Assembly: GCA_029856365.1 (NCBI GenBank)
Contig: JAHQWW010000034.1
Location: 1-29,487 of the forward strand
Length of the DNA: 29,487 nucleotides
Reading direction: 5' to 3'
DNA from: Candidatus Hodarchaeota archaeon
GTDB lineage: Archaea > Asgardarchaeota > Heimdallarchaeia > Hodarchaeales > Hodarchaeaceae
Shown here: piece by piece, positions 8,790 through 18,381 of the stretch
How the letters are laid out: each line of letters starts with the position of its first letter
How positions within the stretch are numbered: position 1 is the stretch's first letter
The notes under the pieces: model-generated
The model's input: only the letters and a program-made list of their open reading frames with translations
Database searches by the model: none
What the model was told of the DNA's origin: nothing
Position numbers and translations under genes: made by a program

Positions 8790-9535
8790 TTGAGGTATTA
8801 CTCTGTTTGAGTGCTATGATTAGCATGCTTTCATTGGCAGGCTTATTTCTTTATGCTGCTATTAAATTCTTCAAAATCTGGAGAAAATTTCGTGAGGAAT
8901 CGTTGTTCCATATTGGAATGTTAAGCTTTGGATTGGTCTTATATTTTCTCATTGTTATGATGATGGTTGGTTTTGCTGAGGATTCGGATATTACTTTATT
9001 TTTAATTAAAAGAGTTGTTGGTATTGCATACTCGATATTATCCCTTGAAATGAGTCTATTTTATGTGACTGCATTTACAAATAGACGAACACTCTGGGAA
9101 AAATATATTCCATTTCTATTTGGTATAACCACTGGAATTTCTTTTGCTATATTAGGAATGAGTGAAACAGATCCATGGTTTTCGATACTCCTCTTAATAG
9201 CTTACCTTACTCCCTTAATCCTAATAACTATTCTCGTTATAAGAATTGTACTTAGGTCTTATCATCTTTTACAAGAAGATAAACTCACTCCTGAGGATAG
9301 AGGTTTTATAAAAACTCTAGCTGGTACAGCATTAATTCTATTAATGGGTGCTTTAGGAGACCTTAGTTTTTATTGGATCATTATTCTTATTGGTATTGGC
9401 CTTTGGCCTTCTATTGTGTTACTTGCTGGAATCATTGCACCTTTGACATTCATTCTAGCATTTTTTCTCATTAGAACCGTATTTTTGAATATTGAGGAGG
9501 CAGATATTGTTCATTTAATGAATCTCTTGAGTTAA
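8786..9535 (+). CDS. Uncharacterised ~7-TM membrane protein
   Basis: Seven hydrophobic segments by eye; ATGA start/stop overlap with the RHH gene; no soluble output domain. Confidence 0.75.
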   Translation: MIEVLLCLSAMISMLSLAGLFLYAAIKFFKIWRKFREESLFHIGMLSFGLVLYFLIVMMMVGFAEDSDITLFLIKRVVGIAYSILSLEMSLFYVTAFTNRRTLWEKYIPFLFGITTGISFAILGMSETDPWFSILLLIAYLTPLILITILVIRIVLRSYHLLQEDKLTPEDRGFIKTLAGTALILLMGALGDLSFYWIIILIGIGLWPSIVLLAGIIAPLTFILAFFLIRTVFLNIEEADIVHLMNLLS

Positions 9536-9634
9536 TAATAAGGAGAATGAAGCCTAGGATCTGGTTGCAACCAAATTTGATTCAGCTTAGAAATTTGTAC
9601 ATAAATTGACCCTAGAAAAGCTACGACGGAATTT

Positions 9635-9822
9635 TTAGGTTATTTGTTTGGAAGGGCAAGGAGTATCGCCATATGAACAGAATACACAACAGTCCTCTTT
9701 TTCAGGTTGAAGTATAACCTGGCAGTTTCTGCATTTATGAAGAACCACGCAATGACCAACAGACATTCAAATATTTCAGCAAAACCACATTTTGGGCAAG
9801 TTAAGGTAGATTCTGGCTTCAA
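9635..9822 (-). pseudogene. GDCCVxC-domain cysteine-rich protein, frameshifted (pseudogene or sequence error)
   Basis: AAGGAGA RBS, TTG start: MKPESTLTCPKCGFAEIFE. A frame change at about 9766 gives MSVGHCVVLHKCRNCQVILQPEKEDCCVFCSYGDTPCPSKQIT, stop at 9635-9637. One added base restores a 62 aa protein. Confidence 0.85.
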
Positions 9823-9897
9823 TGTATTCTCCTTAGTTGAGATTTAGATAGAAATTTTTCTTTAAGAATTTCGTATTTAATTCTTTGATTAATACAA

Positions 9898-11115
9898 TTA
9901 CTTATCTGGATGCTCAATATTTTTTTCTACATCTCTGATTCGTTCACTAATCGACGGGTGAGACATAAAAAACAACTTTTCCCACCACGGAGGGTCGATA
10001 TCCGATAGGTTCTGGTCAGCCATCTTGATAAACAAGCTTTTTGCTACAATTGGATTCATGATAATGGAAGAAGCAAAATTATCTGTTACCACTTCTTGTT
10101 TCCTCGAATACCAGAGACTTGGTATATCTATAATAAAAGACAGAATCCAAAAGCATACTCCAATTACTGGGATACCGCTAACATCCCCAATCACTGATGA
10201 GTAACCAAAGACAATTGCAAGCGGCGTAAACATAAGATGTGTTAGCAAGAATATCAGAACTGTCGTGAAGCTAATAATAGCCATCTTTTTCCAGAAATCA
10301 TGATGTTTGTAATGACCGATTTCATGTGCTAGGATCCACTTAATTTCATTTGTCGTATATTTATCGAGTATTGTATCAGCAATGATGATTCGTCGTGTAT
10401 TACCTAGGCCTAAGAGAGCTGCATTAGATGTAGTTGCAATCTCGCCTATACGCCAAATAAAAGCTCTTGTAATCTTAATACCTATTTGTTGTGTCATTTG
10501 AACTAGCTCTGCTGATAATTCAGGATGAGTTTCTTCCAAAGGATCAAACTTGAAGAATAGGGGGAGAATAATGATAGGAACGAGATTAGAAAAGATTATA
10601 GTGAATAAAATAAGTATTATCGATGCCCAGAACCACCAAATATCTGGAAAAGTTATCAATAGCCAATAGAAACCTTCAAACAAAGGAAAGCTAATCATGA
10701 AACCAATAATAATTCCTTTGAAGTAACGTAAAAACCATCGTTTATTTGCAAGCTTAGAGAGACCGTATTTTCTTGATAACTTTGAATGTAGATAAAAGGA
10801 TACAGGTAGTTCTGTAATATTTACAATAAGAAACCCAATGATGAAAAAAATACCTGTAATGATGAAAGGATCCTCCATGCCGTATTCATTCAACAAATCT
10901 CGAAAGATCACTGTCACTCTAGAAAGTAAAACACCAATAGAAATGATTATAGAAATGATCATCAATCGAATGCTGTACAGACGAGCGGTGCGTGTATAAG
11001 CAATAGCTAGCTCTCTACGTTTAGGATCAAACTCTGTTACTAATATTGGTTCAGTTGGAATCGATTCTTTTGTTTCCTCTAGTTCAGAATGTTCTTTCAT
11101 ACTTTGATCATCCAT
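9898..11115 (-). CDS. Ste24-like M48 family zinc metalloprotease
   Basis: Multi-TM N-terminus, NAALLGLGNTRRIIIADTIL, HEIGH zinc motif, RKQEVVTD, SHPSISERI. Confidence 0.92.
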   Translation of the reverse strand: MDDQSMKEHSELEETKESIPTEPILVTEFDPKRRELAIAYTRTARLYSIRLMIISIIISIGVLLSRVTVIFRDLLNEYGMEDPFIITGIFFIIGFLIVNITELPVSFYLHSKLSRKYGLSKLANKRWFLRYFKGIIIGFMISFPLFEGFYWLLITFPDIWWFWASIILILFTIIFSNLVPIIILPLFFKFDPLEETHPELSAELVQMTQQIGIKITRAFIWRIGEIATTSNAALLGLGNTRRIIIADTILDKYTTNEIKWILAHEIGHYKHHDFWKKMAIISFTTVLIFLLTHLMFTPLAIVFGYSSVIGDVSGIPVIGVCFWILSFIIDIPSLWYSRKQEVVTDNFASSIIMNPIVAKSLFIKMADQNLSDIDPPWWEKLFFMSHPSISERIRDVEKNIEHPDK

Positions 11116-11144
11116 AGTAGAGATCTTCCTTGATGTTACTTCTT

Positions 11145-11936
11145 CTAACTCCTCTGTTGAAATATATTACAGCGGGAAATAGCAGGTGCTAGTACTTTTT
11201 TTGACAAATCAATATCGTTTCTTTCTATCTCGTTATAGAGATGTTCTAATGATTTTTGATGAAAATCATCTGAGATAGCTCGTTGATGGGAAAAAACACG
11301 ATTACGAATAAAACGTACAAGATCATTTAATGAGATTTCTCTTTCGCCCTCAAATTTATAGTTAATGTGGTTCCACCCTCTTTTTGTCAAGTAGATGATG
11401 AGATTACGTCGAGCTAGATCCCCTCGGTGGATATGACGGAAACCAGCCTCAGCTAGTTTCCCATAATAAATTTCAAAGGGAATTGTTTGATGATAATCAA
11501 CATATGCTTCCAGATTGATAAAATATCCCCGTTGAACTAATATTGGGGTCATCTTCTCAATAAATTGGAAAACATCTGGCAACAGGTGAAGCAAATGACA
11601 CGTGAGAATGATATCGAATTGATTTTGAGAAAAAGGTAATGAAAGGCCATCAGCAACAATCAACTGAATACAGTCCGCAGAAATAGTTTTCTTACGACAA
11701 TTCTGTAACATTTTTTCGGAGGTATCCATCCCAATTGTATTTTTCTTAAGTTTTCTTGAAAGAGGAATCGCTATCCTCCCCGTTCCAACACCAATTTCTA
11801 AAATTTTTGAATTAGAGTGAATTTTGACATTCTTTTGTATAGTTTCAACAGTTTTTTTCATTAAATCATCGGGAATAGCCCGAGAATAATCATAAAATGA
11901 TGAAGCCCAATCGAAACAACCATAATATGAACCCAT
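11145..11936 (-). CDS. Class I SAM-dependent methyltransferase
   Basis: ILEIGVGTGR motif I, ADGLSLPF, FDIILTCHLLH. Likely start ATG 11936 (the ORF is open to 11993). Confidence 0.9.
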   Translation of the reverse strand: MGSYYGCFDWASSFYDYSRAIPDDLMKKTVETIQKNVKIHSNSKILEIGVGTGRIAIPLSRKLKKNTIGMDTSEKMLQNCRKKTISADCIQLIVADGLSLPFSQNQFDIILTCHLLHLLPDVFQFIEKMTPILVQRGYFINLEAYVDYHQTIPFEIYYGKLAEAGFRHIHRGDLARRNLIIYLTKRGWNHINYKFEGEREISLNDLVRFIRNRVFSHQRAISDDFHQKSLEHLYNEIERNDIDLSKKVLAPAISRCNIFQQRS

Positions 11937-12126
11937 TAGAAAGCCCAAATTTGTAGTAAAGCGAAAAAATCTCTTTTCTCTGTAAATCTGCAATTATTAT
12001 AAACTTTTTAGGGATAAATGCTTTTCGACACTTTAGTTGAAACTCTTATTAGATCTTTCTTGATTTTTAATTATCAAAATATTTTAAGAAATATTCAGAA
12101 TTAAGAAATACATATTCTTTTTTAAG

Positions 12127-13557
12127 ATGGAAATAATCCTTATGAGGCTATATAACTCTTTATCACGAAAGAAGGAAGAATTTATCACTATTGAGGAGAA
12201 AAAAGTTCGTTTTTATTCGTGTGGCCAGACTTTATACGAAGATGCTCATATTGGAAACGCTAGAACATATTCCTACTGGGATGTTTTAGTTAGGTATCTT
12301 CGTTGGCGAGGTTATGATGTTTTTTGGGTGCAGAACTTTACTGACGTTGGCCATTTAACTGATGATGCTGATAGTGGTGAAGATAAAATCATACGTACAG
12401 CAAAAGCCAAAGAAATCCAACCAATGGTGTTAGTAGAAGCACAAATTCGGAGATTCTATGAAGATATGGATGCTCTTAATATCCAACGAGCAGATATTTA
12501 TCCCCGTGCGACTGCTGAAATCCCAGATATGATCGAATTCGTAAAGGATTTACTAGAAAAAGGGTTTGCTTACGAAGTTAATGGCTCAATCTATTTCGAT
12601 GTTATGAAATTTCCGTCCTACGGAGAACTCAGCCCTTCTAATTATTCTGAGGAGTCAGCAGGCGCTCGTATTGCTGTTAACCCCGAAAAGCGAGATCCCA
12701 GGGATTTTGCACTGTGGATTCGAGCTCCTCCAGAACATCTAATGAAATGGCCATCCCCATGGGGTCTTGGTTATCCTGGTTGGCATCTTGAATGTAGTGT
12801 AATGTCTCAAAAGTATCTTGGTGCTACCTTGGATATTCATGGAGGTGGAATAGACCATCTTTATCTTCATCATCCGAATGAAATCGCTCAATCTGAAGCA
12901 CGGACGGGCAAAACATTTGTGAACTATTGGTTACATGCAGCATTCTTAACAGTAGATGGGGAACGAATGGGAAAATCGAAGGGAAATTTTATTCTTGTGC
13001 GTGAACTCCTTCAGGAATACGATCCTATGCTAATACGACTATTTCTGGTTAATTCTCACTATCGTAAAAGTGTAGATTTCAACCGTGATGCACTTGTCCA
13101 AACTCAAGTTCTTCTTGATCGAATTAGAACAACAGTTGCCGCCATTAATCAAGCGCCAGGGGAAACTAAGTCGGACTTGAGTTCATCAATAACTCAAGTC
13201 GAAAAAGACTTTGTTACGGCAATGGACGATGATTTGAACACTGTTGGCGCTATTCAAGTAATAATGCAGTTTATTAGAAAGGTTAATACTTCTTTAGACA
13301 ATGAAAAATCCCTCTTGGAAAAAGCAAAAAATACAATCATCACTTTAGTAGGAATACTCGGAATCACTCTGAAAGATCAGGGACAACAAGGAATGGTTTC
13401 TCTTTCCGCTATAGTGGATCTGATTGTACAATTGAGAGATAAATTAAGAGAAGCCAAACAATATGAACTCTCTGATCATATAAGATCGGAGCTGTTAAAG
13501 AAGGGGATTCAACTGGAAGATAAACCAGAAGGTACAATTTGGAAGATGAAAAATTGA
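12127..13557 (+). CDS. cysS: Cysteine--tRNA ligase
   Basis: CGQTLY..AHIGNAR, NFTDVGH, WPSPWG.GYPGWHLECS, DIHGGG.D...HHPNE.AQSE, RMGKSKGN, HYR, MDDDLNT. The start may be ATG 12142. Confidence 0.97.
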   Translation: MEIILMRLYNSLSRKKEEFITIEEKKVRFYSCGQTLYEDAHIGNARTYSYWDVLVRYLRWRGYDVFWVQNFTDVGHLTDDADSGEDKIIRTAKAKEIQPMVLVEAQIRRFYEDMDALNIQRADIYPRATAEIPDMIEFVKDLLEKGFAYEVNGSIYFDVMKFPSYGELSPSNYSEESAGARIAVNPEKRDPRDFALWIRAPPEHLMKWPSPWGLGYPGWHLECSVMSQKYLGATLDIHGGGIDHLYLHHPNEIAQSEARTGKTFVNYWLHAAFLTVDGERMGKSKGNFILVRELLQEYDPMLIRLFLVNSHYRKSVDFNRDALVQTQVLLDRIRTTVAAINQAPGETKSDLSSSITQVEKDFVTAMDDDLNTVGAIQVIMQFIRKVNTSLDNEKSLLEKAKNTIITLVGILGITLKDQGQQGMVSLSAIVDLIVQLRDKLREAKQYELSDHIRSELLKKGIQLEDKPEGTIWKMKN

Positions 13558-13592
13558 CTTTTTATTGTATTAGCAATTACGGAGTCATTTAT

Positions 13593-15272
13593 ATGGAGAT
13601 TATTTTCTCTTTGAATCAAGATTCTCATTGGTCATATTCACAAATTGTTGTAATCACTCTTCTAATTTTATCCTCTTGTCAATCAGGGTCTTTATTGGTT
13701 AATTCAATTCATAATATGGACAATTGTATCTTACAACTTCAAAACACAAAAGGTTTCTCAAATAATAGTAATAATACTGCTATTTCTAAAAAGATAGCAG
13801 AAGTAAAACAACCTGAACAAGAGCCCTTTGTTAACCATTTGGGAGAAGTTTTTGAAGGTTTTAATCTCTTTCAATTTCGGGATCTTGATAATCCACCCCC
13901 CAATTTTAAAATAACTGATATGGACGGAAGAATAATAGACGAATTTCAGATAGATAAAACTGATGGTTATGGGGTTCCTATCAATTCCACCACATTCCTA
14001 TTAGTTTTCGAAAATTCAACATATTTTTGGAATATTGAAACAGGTAGAAATCAGTTGTTTGACTTCTCTAGCCATCATGATATCTCCTATAATCCAATGA
14101 CCAAAACTTTCATGACCTTAGAAACATATACTATTATTAATCCTTATGTTACTATTCCTGGACAAATTCTAATTGATACTTACGCTTTTGATTATGATGC
14201 CATTCGTGAAATAAATATGGATGGTGATGTAATCTGGGAATTAAACAGTAGTTCTTTTGTTCCATATGATTGGTGGTCTGGAGAATTAACCACAACAGGA
14301 AATATGGATGTCACGCATTCCAATAGTGTCTTTTGGGATATAGAAGATGATATGATTTATCTTAACATCCGAAATCTGAATACATTCTTTAAAATAGATC
14401 ATAAGACTGGAGAAGTTTTGTGGGGCTTAGGTGAACACGGGGATTTTACTCTTTTCGACCATTATGGCATTCAGCGACAGAATCTTTTTTATCATTCGCA
14501 TGCCCTCAAAAAGGTTGATAATAGCACCTTTATTCTCTTTGATAATGATTATTTAAACAAGACGAACGCAAATAACCATCGCTCGCGTCTTTTAGAGATC
14601 ACTATCAATGAAACTACCATGACAGCCAATATTTCGTGGGTTTGGACTGGAGTAGATGAATACTATTCAGCTTATTGGGGGGATGTCGATAGACTACCAA
14701 ATGGAAATCGTTTTGGTGCCTTTGGAACACAAACTCATCCTGGAACAGACATTGGTCCAAGGTTTGTCGAGGTTAATGAAGCAGGTGAAATTGTTTGGGA
14801 AATGTACTATAAAGGAGGAAAATATGGTATTTACAGAGCTGAACGATACCGACAAAGCCCTATTCTTAGTACTCCCGAGGATAAAATGACCGCAATAGGA
14901 GATCCTATAAGAATAACTTGGCAAACATGGTATAACTTTAGATCAAAAATAACAATGAAAGGCTCTTATAAATTATATCGAGATGGTAACGCAATTAACG
15001 ACGGGGAAGTCGTGTTTGATAAATTCTGGCGTCCAACCAATTTAACATTTGATCTTAATTCACTCGAACAAGGTAAATATATTTTCACATTGGTAGTTGC
15101 AGACGAGGGAGGGCATACAGCTGAAGATACAGTCATTGTTTATGTTGGGATCTCTCCATCAGAAGCAACATCAAACTCAGTAACGATACCTTCAATAGTT
15201 AGTCTTCTATTAGGCTTGGGAATAATGATTATAACGCGAATAAAAAAGAGAAAATTGAAATCGGAGCTCTGA
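13593..15272 (+). CDS. Secreted arylsulfotransferase (ASST)-like beta-propeller protein with C-terminal Ig-like domain and membrane anchor
   Basis: HHD, DVTHSNSV, IDHKTGEVLWGLG, FYHSHA, LFDN, WGDVDRLPNGN, YRAER; ends TIPSIVSLLLGLGIMIITRIKKRK. GGAG at 13581 favours ATG 13593. Confidence 0.82.
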   Translation: MEIIFSLNQDSHWSYSQIVVITLLILSSCQSGSLLVNSIHNMDNCILQLQNTKGFSNNSNNTAISKKIAEVKQPEQEPFVNHLGEVFEGFNLFQFRDLDNPPPNFKITDMDGRIIDEFQIDKTDGYGVPINSTTFLLVFENSTYFWNIETGRNQLFDFSSHHDISYNPMTKTFMTLETYTIINPYVTIPGQILIDTYAFDYDAIREINMDGDVIWELNSSSFVPYDWWSGELTTTGNMDVTHSNSVFWDIEDDMIYLNIRNLNTFFKIDHKTGEVLWGLGEHGDFTLFDHYGIQRQNLFYHSHALKKVDNSTFILFDNDYLNKTNANNHRSRLLEITINETTMTANISWVWTGVDEYYSAYWGDVDRLPNGNRFGAFGTQTHPGTDIGPRFVEVNEAGEIVWEMYYKGGKYGIYRAERYRQSPILSTPEDKMTAIGDPIRITWQTWYNFRSKITMKGSYKLYRDGNAINDGEVVFDKFWRPTNLTFDLNSLEQGKYIFTLVVADEGGHTAEDTVIVYVGISPSEATSNSVTIPSIVSLLLGLGIMIITRIKKRKLKSEL

Positions 15273-15280
15273 GAATATCA

Positions 15281-16480
15281 TTAAGCGAATACTCTTTCAA
15301 TTCGTTCAAGCGATTCCTTTAATATTGAGAGGGGACATGCAATGTTTATTCGTTCAAATCCTTCCCCACCTGCTCCGAATTTATATCCAGAGTCTAATGC
15401 CAACTTTGCCTCCTCTACCATCATTTTCTCCAATTCTTTAGACTCAAACCTGAATTCTCGGAAATCTAACCAAACAAGGTATGTTCCTTCTGGTTCGATA
15501 ACAGAGACTTTAGGAAGTCTATCTTTAATGAAAGATCGTAGAAAATTTAGATTACGTTCAAGTACTCGGATAAGAGAGTCTAACCATTCCTCTCCCTTGT
15601 CATATGCTACTTGTAACGCTAAAGCTCCAAAGGAATTTGGCGTGGTCAAAGCATTGTTTTCCATTTGAACTTTAAAAGCTTCTCGAAGTCTTTCATTTGA
15701 AATTATAACATTAGAGTGTTGAAAACCAGCCAAATTGAACGTTTTACTACCTGCAGTGCATGTGATTGAATGTTGAGCAAATTCTTCAGATATTGAGGCA
15801 AAGACTGTGTGTTTATACTTCGGATACACTAAATCACAGTGAATTTCATCTGAAATTACCAAAATGTCATTTTCTAGACAAATATCTCCTAATCTAGTTA
15901 ATTCTTCTTTTACCCAAACTCGGCCAACAGGATTGTGAGGGCTGCAAAGAATCAAGATCTTTGTGCGAGGATCCTTAGCTTTTTCTTCAAAATCGTCATA
16001 GTTCATTTGATAATGGGAGTCAACTAAATCTAATTGGTTGGCCACAATTCCTCGTCCATTGTTTTTAATAATGGAAGCAAAAGGGTAATAAACAGGGTCT
16101 TGAATAATCACTTTATCCCCTGGTTGAGAAAACCTCTGTACTATGTAAGCGCATGCTTGAACAATGCCAGGAGAAAAAACAAGCCAATCCTCATCTAAAG
16201 CCCAGTTATGACGACGTCTAAACCAATTTATGATAGAGCTATTATATTTTGAGGGATCAGGGCCGGTATACCCAAAGATACCGTGTTTTACTCGTTCTAT
16301 AAGAGCGTCAATTACAGGTTGAGGAGCTCGGAAATCCATATCTGCAACCCATAGGGGTAATAAATCCTCTTTGCCAAACAGCTTCTTCAAATAGAAGGGA
16401 TCCCATTTAATAGATCCAGTATTTGAACGATCAATAATTTCATCGAAAGAACTAAAGTCTACATTAGCCATCATTATCAC
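15281..16480 (-). CDS. PatB/MalY-family PLP-dependent C-S lyase (cystathionine beta-lyase)
   Basis: SIKWD, PLWVADMDF, HGIFGY, LCSPHNPVGRVW, SDEIHCD, SKTFNLAG, PEGTYLVWLD, RINIACP. The true start is probably ATG 16474 or 16471. Confidence 0.93.
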   Translation of the reverse strand: MIMMANVDFSSFDEIIDRSNTGSIKWDPFYLKKLFGKEDLLPLWVADMDFRAPQPVIDALIERVKHGIFGYTGPDPSKYNSSIINWFRRRHNWALDEDWLVFSPGIVQACAYIVQRFSQPGDKVIIQDPVYYPFASIIKNNGRGIVANQLDLVDSHYQMNYDDFEEKAKDPRTKILILCSPHNPVGRVWVKEELTRLGDICLENDILVISDEIHCDLVYPKYKHTVFASISEEFAQHSITCTAGSKTFNLAGFQHSNVIISNERLREAFKVQMENNALTTPNSFGALALQVAYDKGEEWLDSLIRVLERNLNFLRSFIKDRLPKVSVIEPEGTYLVWLDFREFRFESKELEKMMVEEAKLALDSGYKFGAGGEGFERINIACPLSILKESLERIERVFA

Positions 16481-16564
16481 ACCAATATTCTCGTTTGATT
16501 TTTTATTTCAATGGAGAATAAATTACTATTGTAGAAGAAGTTCTATACTGCTTTTGAAAGAAAT

Positions 16565-18355
16565 CTAAAGGCCTAGAGCTTCTAGTTTGTCTTTTGTTGG
16601 AATCCCCTCACGATCCCAACCTCTCAACTGGTAGTATTCTGCTTTTACTCTCTCAAAATCCTCTAAATTAATTTTTTGACCTTTTGGATCCCCCTCAGGA
16701 GCTTCTTCCTGATAAAAACGTGCTGGTAAGACATCATTAAATGCAGTAATTCCTTCACGTGTATTGAACAATCGAGTTAAGTTCCATATTCGTTCACCAG
16801 TCGTCAAGTAACTCTCTGGAGTGTATGAAAAACCTGTAGCAGTATTAAACATCTCAACCATTTCAGTGACATCAAATGGCAAGAAATCACACAAAACTAA
16901 GGAGAAACACACAGCCCTTTCATCTTGCGATTCTTTAACGAATTTAGGTACTCCTTCCATACTGAATCGGGTTAATGAACCTGAAAGTTCTGCTCCTGGT
17001 GTCCAGCACCGCTGATGACAACCTCCACGATCAGAAGTTGAATAGGCTAATGCCATACCAAAAGAACCACGAGGTTCAACACCAGCTAGTTCTAAATTCT
17101 TGACTTGAATCGCAAAATCAACACTATTTTGACCTATTTCTTTTGCAGCAGAGAATGAACCCTTAGCAAACAATTCTCCAATTCCGTTTCGTTCTGCAAT
17201 TAAACGTAACATCTCATGCTGGGCATCTACGTTACCGAATTCTAAGTTCTGAACATCTTTTTGGTCTAAAATTCCTTTCTCACTACATTCCATCGCAAAT
17301 GCAATTGTTCCCCCTGCTGTAATTGTGTCAATTCCAAGATCATCACAAATCTGAGATGATTTTGCGATCGCCCCCAGATCATCAATACCGCAGCTCGCCC
17401 CTAGGAGTGCAATTGTTTCATACTCGGGACCATCAACTTCTAAACCAGCATACTTGCCTTCATTAAATCGGGTTGTTTTCCCGCAGGCAATTAAACATCC
17501 ATAACAAGCAGTATGACCAATTACAAACTCATCACGCATTCTCTCTCCAGAAATTGCTTCAGCATTCTCAAACACACCCGATTGAAAGTTCTTTGTCGGC
17601 AGAAAACCTGCATCATTAGCCATCTTGACCCACATGACTGTCCCGACCTCATGACGACGTTTAACTCCAGGATTCTCACGTACTTTCTTTCTAAATGCTC
17701 TTGTTAATACCTTGAATCTATCTGGATCCACAACCTCAATCTTTTGTGATCCCCATGCAACAACTGCTTTGAGATTTTTGGATCCCATTACCGCCCCTGC
17801 GCCTCCTCTACCAGCCATATGGGTTCGATCAGTCATAATATTAGCAAATGTTACCAGATTCTCCCCCGCAGGGCCAATAGAACAGACTTCTGATCCATTA
17901 TGTCTCTTTTTTAAGATTTCTTCAACTTCATATGTTCCTTTACCCCAGAGATCGTCTGCAGGATGAATTTCAACTTGTTCAGAGGAGACTATTAAATAAC
18001 TGGGAGAATCAGCTCTTCCTCGGAACTTAATAAAATCAAATCCAGCTCTCTTTAAACGATGACCAAATTTACCCCCGATTTGGCTATCAAGATATATCCC
18101 TGTGTGAGGGGATTTTGTAACAATACACCATCTTCCAGACGTTTGAACAGATGTACCAGATAAAGGACCAGTCATGAACAGCAAAATATTGTTAGAGCTT
18201 AAAGGATCGACTCCCTTGTTCAATGTATCATATAGTAATTTTACTCCAAGACCCTTACCACCTATGAACTGCTCTGCAAGGCGCATATCAAGTTTAAGCT
18301 CTGTTATTTTTCCTGTGGAGAGGTTAATGTCTAGATAATTACCCATGTATCCCAT
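16565..18355 (-). CDS. aor: Tungsten-dependent aldehyde:ferredoxin oxidoreductase family protein
   Basis: KSPHTG, IGPAGEN, AGRGGAGAVMGSKNLKA, CYGCLIAC, GPEYET, DDLGIDTI, RGGCH, YYQLRGWD. Confidence 0.95.
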   Translation of the reverse strand: MGYMGNYLDINLSTGKITELKLDMRLAEQFIGGKGLGVKLLYDTLNKGVDPLSSNNILLFMTGPLSGTSVQTSGRWCIVTKSPHTGIYLDSQIGGKFGHRLKRAGFDFIKFRGRADSPSYLIVSSEQVEIHPADDLWGKGTYEVEEILKKRHNGSEVCSIGPAGENLVTFANIMTDRTHMAGRGGAGAVMGSKNLKAVVAWGSQKIEVVDPDRFKVLTRAFRKKVRENPGVKRRHEVGTVMWVKMANDAGFLPTKNFQSGVFENAEAISGERMRDEFVIGHTACYGCLIACGKTTRFNEGKYAGLEVDGPEYETIALLGASCGIDDLGAIAKSSQICDDLGIDTITAGGTIAFAMECSEKGILDQKDVQNLEFGNVDAQHEMLRLIAERNGIGELFAKGSFSAAKEIGQNSVDFAIQVKNLELAGVEPRGSFGMALAYSTSDRGGCHQRCWTPGAELSGSLTRFSMEGVPKFVKESQDERAVCFSLVLCDFLPFDVTEMVEMFNTATGFSYTPESYLTTGERIWNLTRLFNTREGITAFNDVLPARFYQEEAPEGDPKGQKINLEDFERVKAEYYQLRGWDREGIPTKDKLEALGL

Positions 18356-18381
18356 TTATCATCCCAACATAGACAGATAGG

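Noticed and set aside
9640-9822. 60 aa ORF as listed, and the idea of a selenoprotein
   Set aside because: The C-terminal part is the wrong frame of the GDCCVxC gene. The repaired gene has no in-frame TGA.
12217-12981. CysS motif variants (CGQTLY, RMGKS)
   Set aside because: Within plausible family variation; the zinc ligands and HIGN motif are intact.
13539-13592. TTG-start extension of the ASST-like ORF overlapping cysS
   Set aside because: ATG 13593 has a GGAG RBS and avoids the overlap.
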